DNA from: Macrostomum lignano
Taxonomy: Eukaryota
DNA length: 64,000 nucleotides
Reading direction: 5' to 3'
Assembly: GCA_002269645.1 (NCBI GenBank)
Contig: NIVC01003381.1
Location: forward strand, 1 to 64,000
The position numbers and the translations under genes are program-made. Positions 55,291 to 64,000 of the stretch are shown here, piece by piece (position 1 is the stretch's first letter; every line of letters begins with the position of its first letter). A model generated the notes under the pieces. It saw only the letters and a program-made list of their open reading frames with translations, was not told the origin of the DNA and searched no databases.

Positions 55291-56564
55291 TCAGTGAGGG
55301 TCATAGATAATTAAAACACGGGTCATAGAATAATCAAAATAAAAGATGCCAGAATCCATGACTAATTAATTGTTAGCAGCCGCATATAGCTAACACAAGA
55401 ATTCTATCTTTAATCCTCTCTCCATCAAAACAAGACCCAATATTCGGACCAAAGCAATTCTAGATTGACAAACTTGAAGCAGCCGCTTGCTTCTGAAAAA
55501 TGCAGAATTATATAGGACTTCCATTTGCCAAAAAAGCACGGCAGATTCTCTGACGCCATTTTGGTTTTATAAATTATTCTTGTCCCAGTTGTTGGACCAG
55601 CGGATGCTGTTGGATTGCGAATTAAAACATCATGCTGGGTAATCCGACGCCTCTTGCTAAACTGCTGAAATTCGTCTATGGAACTGGAGAAAGAGGAGAG
55701 AGAGAGAAAGAGCTCTCCCACGGGTTCAAGCAGTGAACACTGTTACAGATTGACAGTAACCGAACGAAGGCCCAACCCACACCAGATCCACTGGAGTCTT
55801 ATTCTACCCCCCAAGTAACTTTTTCCTGCAAACACACATCGAGTCAAATATGCTTTTCCGGTTCGCTAGGCAGATTTGGGACCACACAGGAAAATATTCC
55901 ATATTTGGTTCGCTACACCAGATAGATCAGGGCGCAATGGCTACAGCAGAGATGCCGCAGAAATGATGACTTTCACTTCCGAGCTGCCGCCGAAAGCAAT
56001 CGCTCAAGCGGCAAGCATTCGACACTGTCCCTTCCTCCTTGTACGCGGCTTATTTGAAAAGCCTTCAATCCCAGGAAATCCGCATCCTCAGCTTGAACGG
56101 GGAGAAGAGATAAGCGATCTCCCACTCACAATAGGCAGTGTAAAATTAAGTTTGAAGAATTGCCGGTCGCTCATCCTTCTTCTGCGCTCAGGACCGCCCG
56201 CTGGGCACAAAGACCTCATCTTATCTTCCTGGCCAAGCGCGTGATTTGCTGAAGTCCAACAAAAGGAGGGCATGCTATGCTAGCAGAGATTCGCCGACCT
56301 GATAAAAAAGCAAAATGAAGAGCTTAGAAAGGAGAGGCTCGGATAAATTCCGTTGAAAATTTACAACTTTCAATTTTCTTCTGGGCATCTCTGCTTGGAA
56401 TCTGTGAAGTTTTTCTACCGCCAATGTTGGCACAATCTGTTGCAGAGGGGAATAAACAAAATAAACACTCGATGTTGGGAATACAAAATTCTCGTTAACT
56501 ATAATTTGTCTTGTTCGTTTGAGTGGCCATTGCATAAATTCATTTGCATTCACATGGCATGTTG

Positions 56565-57440
56565 ATCTCAGACATGGCATGCAGATCTTGGACATGACAT
56601 GCTGATCTCGGACATGACATGCTGATCTAAGATATTACATTCTGATCTCGGACATGACATGCTGATCTAAGACATGACATGCTGATCTCGGACATGGCAT
56701 GATGATCTCGGACATGACATGCTGATCTAAGATACGACATGCTGATCTCGGACATGACATGCTGATCTAAGACATGACATGCTGATCTCGGACATGACAT
56801 ACTGATCTCGGACATGACATGCTGATCTCGGACATGACATGCTGATTTCGGACATGACATGCTGATATCGGACATGACATTCTGATCTCGGACGTGACAT
56901 GCTGATCTCGGACATGGCATGCTGATTTCGGACATGACATACTGATCTCGGACATGACATACTGATCTAAGACATGGCATGCTGATCTCGGACATGACAT
57001 GCTGATCTCGGACATGACATGCTGATTTCGGACATGACATACTGATCTCGGACATGACATACTGATCTAAGACATGGCATGCTGATCTTGGACATGACAT
57101 GCTGATCTCGGACATGACATGCTGATCTAAGATATTACATTCTGATCTCGGACATGACATGCTGATCTAAGACATGACATGATGATCTCGGACATGAAAT
57201 GCTGATCTCGGACATGGCATGCTGATTTCGGACATGACATACTGATCTCGGACATGACATACTGATCTAAGACATGGCATGCTGATCTCAAACATGGCAT
57301 GCTGATCTCGGACATGGCATGCTGATTTCGGACATGACATACTGATCTAGGACATGACATGCTGATCTAAGACATGTCATGCTGATCTCGGACATGACAT
57401 GCTGATCTAAGACATGGCATGCTGATCTCGGACATGACAA
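56565..57440. repeat. 20-bp minisatellite (gacatgacatgctgatctcg)
   Basis: Tandem copies. Confidence 0.95.
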
Positions 57441-57923
57441 ATGACACTTCATCTAATCAGGACCCATTGAAGTCTTGTGCTCAGAAAAGTGTTTAACAAC
57501 CTTGTCCTTGAGCTAGTTTGAACTCTCGGCCCTGTTTAGGCAGCAAGTAAAAAAAGTAAGAAAGAGAGGAGCGATTAGATTAAGAGCTTACCAAGTGCTT
57601 GTAATTATTGAACCGAAATTCCGTTTGAAAAGTAAAAACTTTGATTGAATCTGCCTTATTTAGTGAATAAACAACTGGCCTAGCAAAGTACATGTATGCA
57701 TAAGATAAGTCCTGAAAACTTACTATTTTTTCATTTCTGCGCTCTTTCTTATGCTCTATCTAAAAAACTTTGAGCAGTTTGCCCCTATCTTCTGTGCAGA
57801 CATTGAGCACACTACACGCTCGTACTTGCACGAAAATGCGGTATATAATAGTTTGTGTGAGCTAAACATGCATGCAAAAAACGCCATTCGCTTAGTAAAA
57901 ATAAAGGACATGAAATTGCAGCA

Positions 57924-59252
57924 ATGACTTTGTCTGCTAATAGAGAAGCTGATGAATCTGAACCACTTCTCAATGAGCAGCGGCTGAGTTGGCGGCCTCT
58001 GCTATTCCTGCTGGGCATTGTCACTCTTGAGCGCTGCACCTACTACAACTATATGTCTATGGCCATCGGCGCTGGCCATAGACATATAGGCCAGCCGTAC
58101 TGCGGAGCCCTGCTAGGCGAGAGCCCGACTGAACCATTCGGCGCGACTTTACTGAGCCGCGTGCTACCTCAGGGCCTGTCGTTCCTGCTCACCCTGGTTG
58201 GCGGCTACGTTGCCGACAATTTGATCGGGTGCGCGAGAACTCTGGCTGCTGGCTGCTTCATGTACACCCTGGCTGCTCTCATGCTGATCGGATTCGTGTT
58301 CTGTCCGGCCATGTGCCTGGCCGCTATGGTGACTGTTGGCAAGTTCGGCACCGCCTGCGGCTCCGGACTGATCCGGCCGTGTCTCCTGGTGCTCACCATT
58401 GAGTCTGGCAAACTGCTCGGCCTGTCGGTGCGGCGCGTCTGCCAGCTGCACTACGCGTGCGAGGCGTTGAGTCAGTTGCTAGGCAACCTGCTGGCCTTCG
58501 GATCGGACAGGCTGGCCTTCCCGCTTGGCTTCGTCACCTTGCCAACCAGCGTCATCATGCTGCTGCTGGCCCTGCTGACTGCCGAGCGGCCCGGCTGGGA
58601 CCCCAGCCAGTTCCAGCTGCCCGGCCTGCCAAGGTTTAAACGCGTCGTCGTGACAACGGCGCCCCTGATAGCCCTGTCCGCGAGCGTCCTGGCTGGCTAT
58701 TTCTCGCTGAGCGTGTCGGATCTGAACGGCGACATCCGGAAAATGGGCACGAACCAGTTCAGGTGGAGTCACAACCTGCTGCTGCTCTGCTACTCGGCTA
58801 CTCTGCTTGCCGCGGTGGCCCTGCTCATGCTGGCCACGCGAGCGTCGGCTCTGGTGCGGCACCTGCCGGATGTCCGCATCGCCATTGGCGTCGCCGCCAC
58901 CGCGCTGGGCCACCTGACGGCGCTGATCGTGTCCTCCAGCCAGCTGGCTGGCTCCTTCTGGTTGATCGCGGGCGGGCAGAATTTCTTGTACGCCATGGGC
59001 GAGGCGTCCGCCATCTCCACGGCTAATGAGGTGGCTTTCCGATCCGGATTCACCGTATCCCGGGCCTTCATGGTCGGCCTGTTCATGGGCATATGGGGCT
59101 CCGGCTATCTGTTTAACGAGTTTCTTGTGCACATTGCGACAGCCGTGATAGCGCACTGGATTGCTAGCGGCGCGATGCTTCTAACTAATGCTTATTTATT
59201 CTTCTTTGCGGTGCCGGCAATGGACTGGCTGCTGAGGGATGAGAGATCATGA
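57924..59252 (+). CDS. Intronless POT/PTR2 (SLC15-like) MFS transporter, 442 aa, about 12 TM
   Basis: TLERCTYY (ExxERFxYY-like), GGYVADNLIG, GSGLIRP and TM10 LYAMGE motifs; N-terminal ESEPLL dileucine motif. Confidence 0.8.
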   Translation: MTLSANREADESEPLLNEQRLSWRPLLFLLGIVTLERCTYYNYMSMAIGAGHRHIGQPYCGALLGESPTEPFGATLLSRVLPQGLSFLLTLVGGYVADNLIGCARTLAAGCFMYTLAALMLIGFVFCPAMCLAAMVTVGKFGTACGSGLIRPCLLVLTIESGKLLGLSVRRVCQLHYACEALSQLLGNLLAFGSDRLAFPLGFVTLPTSVIMLLLALLTAERPGWDPSQFQLPGLPRFKRVVVTTAPLIALSASVLAGYFSLSVSDLNGDIRKMGTNQFRWSHNLLLLCYSATLLAAVALLMLATRASALVRHLPDVRIAIGVAATALGHLTALIVSSSQLAGSFWLIAGGQNFLYAMGEASAISTANEVAFRSGFTVSRAFMVGLFMGIWGSGYLFNEFLVHIATAVIAHWIASGAMLLTNAYLFFFAVPAMDWLLRDERS

Positions 59253-59257
59253 TTTAA

Positions 59258-59760
59258 TCGTGACATTGTGAATTATGTGAGTGTGAATAGTGACAGTGTG
59301 AATTATGTGAATGTGAATGGTGACAGTGTGAATTATGTGAGTGTGAATAGTGACAGTGTGAATTATGTGAATGTGAATAGTGACAGTGTGAATCGCTAGA
59401 CTGTGAATAGTGGCAGTGTGAATTGCTAGACTGTGAATAGTGGCAGTGTGAATTGCTAGACTGTGAATAGTGACAGTGTGAATTGCCAGACTGTGAATAG
59501 TGACAGTGTGAATTGCTAGACTGTGAATAGTGACAGTGTGAATTGCCAGACTGTGAATAGTGACAGTGTGAATTGCTAGACTGTGAATAGTGACAGTGTG
59601 AATTGCTAGACTGTGAATAGTTACAGTGTGAATTGCCAGAATGTGAATTGTGATAGTGAGAATCATTGTGAATGCGAAAAATTTCAATGTGAATTGCGAG
59701 TATGTGAATAGTGAAAGTAAAAATCATGAGAATGTAAAAAGTGAAAGAGAAAATCATGTG
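59258..59760. repeat. 30-bp minisatellite starting just after the POT stop codon
   Basis: tgtgaatagtgacagtgtgaattgctagac units. Confidence 0.93.
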
Positions 59761-60464
59761 AATGTGAAAATCACAAGAATGTGTTACCTTAATTTTGTAA
59801 GGACGATTCAATGGCTTATTTTATATTATGAAATCTAGATTAGCTAAAATAACATTGTTACACTTAACGCACTACTCAGTAGAGCTTTTTCAAGTAGCCA
59901 AATTGCAATTTAAATTGCCAGTTGAAACATCCTAGTGCTATTACAGAATTGCGTTCTGTTATTTCCTTTGAATTTATTGCCAATCCCACAGAATCCTTAA
60001 TTTCAGTCTGTGGGAGCTTGGAATTGTTGAATAAAACTCCCCATTTTTCTATTGCCCATGGAGACACAGAAAAAGTCAGAATTCTGCCCATATTTTTATT
60101 TCTGACTGGCTGGCCCCGTCTCTGCATCCCATCTTCAGTCGATTCTTCCCAGAGATTTTTCATGCGCACGGATTGGGATTAAACAGGCACACAGCAGGGA
60201 GTGGGGGGGCTTGGGGAATAGGAGACTTAGACTGGCCTGGGATGTAAATTATGCATCAGGCGCGGTACACTTTAGCGATTCCTTCTAAGCCGAAATGCCT
60301 CGCGGGCCAGATTGACGCGGCTCACCGTGATCTTGTCGCACGGCTTTTCTCTGCGATTTGGGCCCTGGAGCTGAAATGTGAAATGAGGAGAGTGCAGCTG
60401 GGACCGGACTCAACTAGGGTAACTGCATAAGTTGTTCATGAGTTTTGGGGAAAAATTCACACAG

Positions 60465-61040
60465 ACTATGAAGTCCGCAGTGAGCTAGAGACAGATTCAC
60501 ACAGACTATGGAGTCCACAGTGAGCTAGAGAAAGATTCACACAGACTATGGAGTCCGCAGTGAGCTAGAGAAAGATTCACACAGACTATGGAGTCCGCAG
60601 TGAGCTAGAGAAAGATTCACACAGACTATGGAGTCCGCAGTGAGCTAGAGAAAGATTCACACAGACTATGGAGTCCGCAGTGAGCTAGAGAAAGATTCAC
60701 ACAGACTATGGAGTCCGCAGTGAGCTAGGGACAGATTCACACAGACTATGGAGTCCGCAGTGAATCAGGGACAGAGTCACACAGACTATGGAGTCCGCGG
60801 TGAATCAGGGACAGATTCACACAGACTATGGAGTCCGCAGTGAATCAGGGACAGAGTCACACAGACTATGGAGTCCGCAGTGAATCAGGGACAGATTCAC
60901 ACAGACTATGGAGTCCGCAGTGAATCAGGGACAGAGTCACACAGACTATGGAGTCCGCAGTGAATCAGGGACAGAGTCACACAGACTATGGAGTCCGCAG
61001 TGAATCAGGGACAGATTCACACAGACTATGGAGTCCGCAG
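60465..61040. repeat. 40-bp minisatellite
   Basis: acagactatggagtccgcagtgagctagagaaagattcac units. Confidence 0.95.
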
Positions 61041-61659
61041 TGAGAGAGAGAGAGAGAGGTGAAGTATGGCCAAACGCTCATCAAACCGATTAAATCCAGC
61101 TTAAGCTACACTGAGGATAGCTAAAAATAGCAATCCATCTATCTGGAGTTCTGGTGCTTGATGCAGCTCTAGTCGGCCCCACTGTCCGAATTGAAGTGTC
61201 CGTCACGGATTACCGCAATCAATTGCTGCTGCTGAGCAGATGGGGACGCAGGGGAGTTGGGAGTCGGGGGATACAAAAATTAGATTTATCACTTAGTCAA
61301 TCTGAATGGGATTAACCTTCCCTATTTGCTTGCAATCCCCGCCCGTGATTGGCCTGCGCTCAAGGACCGTTTCTTCTATCAATTCTGTGCTCTGTGCTCA
61401 CAAAGTCTCTTCCTAACTGCAGTTAACGATAGTTTTACAACTGCAGTGCGGCTTGAGGCCTTCTGGTTGTTAATTAATAATTAGAGCTAATTAGGCAAGC
61501 TGAGATGCCTTAATTAATAATAGTGATTACCTAGGGAGCTGAGGGCCAGCCCGACAGTCAATTTGCTCAAGAGCTTTTGTGCTCATAAACTGGGAAAAAA
61601 TGAACTGTCCGCACTGACTGCGGTTGAATGCTAAAATTCAGCACTTTTACACATTGCAT

Positions 61660-62600
61660 GCATTTGAGCAGTCATCACTATGAGCAATGCATTTGAGCAG
61701 TCATCACTATGAGCAATTCACTTGAGCAGTCATCACTATGAGCAATTCACTTGAGCAGTCATCACTATGAGCAATGCATTTGAGCAGTCATCACTATGAG
61801 CAATTCACTTGAACAGTCATCACTATGAGCAATTCACTTGAGCAGTCATCACTATGAGCAATTCACTTGAGCAGTCATCACTATGAGCAATGCATTTGAG
61901 CAGTCATCACTATGAGCAATGCATTTGAGCAGTCATCAATATGAGCAATGCATTTGAGCAGTCATCACTATGAGCGATTCACTTGAGCAGTCATCACTAT
62001 GAGCAATGCATTTGAGCAGTCATCAATATGAGCAATGCATTTGAGCAGTCATCACTATGAGCGATTCACTTGAGCAGTCATCACTATGAGCAATGCATTT
62101 GAGCAGTCATCACTATGAGCGATTCACTTGAGCAGTCATCACTATGAGCAATTCACTTAAGCAGTCATCACTATGAGCTATGTATGAACTTGAGCAGTCA
62201 TCACTATGAGCTATGTATGAACTTGAGCAGTCATCACTATGAGCTATGTATGAACTTGAGCAGTCATCACTATGAGCTATGTATGCATTTGAACAGACAT
62301 CATTATGAGCTATGTATGAACTTGAGCAGTCATCACTATGAGCTATGTATGAACTTGAGCAGTCATCACTATGAGCTATGTATGAACTTGAGCAGTCATC
62401 ACTATGAGCTATGTATGCATTTGAACAGACATCATTATGAGCAGTGCATTTGAACAGTCATCACTATGAGCTATGTATGCATTTCAACAGACATCATTAT
62501 GAGCAGTGCATTTGAGAAGTCATCACTATGAGCTATGTATGCATTTGAACAGACATCATTATGAGCAGTGCATTTGAACAGTCATCACTATGAGCAATGT
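61660..62600. repeat. 29-bp to 33-bp minisatellite (gagcagtcatcactatgagc core)
   Basis: Tandem copies with a polarised change of unit. Confidence 0.95.
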
Positions 62601-63019
62601 ACTTGAGAAGTCGTTAAAAATTGGAATTGATTTCATCGTTGAGTCTGAGCCGATTTCATCGGGGTAGGAAAGTAAGTTGGAAAAGATTCCGCGGCAGATA
62701 TTGTCCCGATTGAATTCGCAACGTTGCAAAGTTCCCCCATCCAGAGCTCCGGCATTGCAATTTGGCAAACAAGAAATAGGAAAATAGCCGTCATTGATCC
62801 CAGATAATCCTTCTTATCGCCCAGCTGAGCCGCCGTGCTGAAAGACTTCGTGCGGCACAAAAAGTACATGACAGGTTTGGCTTGTTGGCGCTAAGCACTG
62901 CTGCTGACTAGCTAGATAAGTTGGCCGCGTCTGTTCAACTCAAATTCTTAAGATGGTTAGGGTTACAGGGTTTCATTCGGTTTAGGGTCATTAATGGTTT
63001 CATAGGGTGTATGGTTAGG

Positions 63020-63650
63020 TAGGAAAGTCTAGTTTCTCTAGAGTCGTAGGGTTTATAGTTACGTTCATTAGGTTTATGGTTAGGGTCATTAAGTTTATGG
63101 TTAGGTTCATTAGGTTTATGGTTAGGTTCATTATGTTTATGGTTAGGGTCGTTAGGTTTATGGTTAGGGTCATTAGGTGTATGGTTAGGGTCATTAGGTT
63201 TATGGTTAGGGTCATTAGGTTTATGGTTAGGGTCATTAGGTGTATGGTTAGGGTCATTAGGTGTATGGTTAGGGTCATTAGGTTTATTGTTAGGGTCATT
63301 ATGTGTATGGTTAGGGTCATTAGGTTTATGGTTAGGGTCATTATGTGTATGGTTAGGGTCATTAGGTGTATGGTTAGGGTCATTAGGTTTATGGTTAGGG
63401 TCATTAGGTTTATTGTTAGGGTCATTATGTGTATGGTTAGGGTCATTAGGTTTATGGTTAGGGTCATTATGTGTATGGTTAGGGTCATTAGGTTTATGGT
63501 TAGAGTCATTAGGTGTATGGTTGGGTCATTTGATTTATGGTTAGGGTCATTAGGTATGGTTAGGATCATGAAGTTTATGGTTAGGGCAATAGAATATATG
63601 GTTATGAGCATAAGGTTTATGTTTTGGGTCATAAGGTTCATGGTTATGGT
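63020..63650 (+). repeat. 21-bp minisatellite with a GGTTAGGG telomere-like core
   Basis: (ggttagggtcattaggtttat)n. Confidence 0.92.
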
Positions 63651-64000
63651 GATGGGGTTACTTACATGAGGCTAAGGTCAGCTAATACAGCTAGCAGCCT
63701 CAGCAGAGAAGGCCTGTTTCTAATTTTAGCTTCGCGAGTCAACTTTAGACTCAACTAAATTATCTGCTAGAAGCACCGAGACGGCTTAAAGGTTCTGCAC
63801 TTTTCCAGTAAACAGTATTTAGCCTGGCCGCTTCTCATGTATTACATGGTTAGTTGGTGCGTCTACTCTACGGACGTGACACAGGGCTCTGGCTAGCCTC
63901 GTGTCACTGACAGACCCGGGGCCAGGGGGGGGGGCGAGAGGGCAGGGCAGCCCAGGGAGGACCTGGGTGCCGGAATGACTTTTAAAAGTTGCGGCAGGGA

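Noticed and set aside
55425-56350. Short protein-like stretches on both strands and a strong minus-strand acceptor near 55686
   Set aside because: Frames are broken by stops and nothing is recognisable; may be UTR or decayed sequence.

Overview
Animal genomic DNA with GT-AG introns and a very high density of short private tandem arrays. The style suggests a free-living flatworm such as Macrostomum, but that is inference only. Splice sites were assembled by hand and support seven protein genes. (1) A giant minus-strand Sp17-like gene (866-14688, about 1,515-1,535 aa): RIIa/DD domain, ten IQ motifs (six are duplicated, PEP-19-like acidic-IQ cassette exons), and about 55 copies of a 10-aa E/Q/R/K repeat. 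(2) A divergently transcribed orphan ORF (16585-17256). (3) A CD164/endolyn-family mucin (19879-21172). (4) A secreted Cys-rich plus F-type-lectin-like protein (34049-36187). (5) An Olig-family bHLH (36562-37694). (6) A HAND-like bHLH whose HLH exon is absent from the ORF track (51434-52882). (7) An intronless, degenerate POT/SLC15 transporter (57924-59252). A miR-96/263-family pre-miRNA hairpin (27827-27912) sits in an apparently spliced non-coding host. There are also three foldback/MITE-like elements, two telomere-like interstitial arrays and about 30 distinct mini/microsatellites. Most other ORFs in the supplied track are repeat artefacts. No CRISPR, rRNA, intact tRNA or autonomous transposon was seen. 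All family assignments are from remembered motifs, not database searches.
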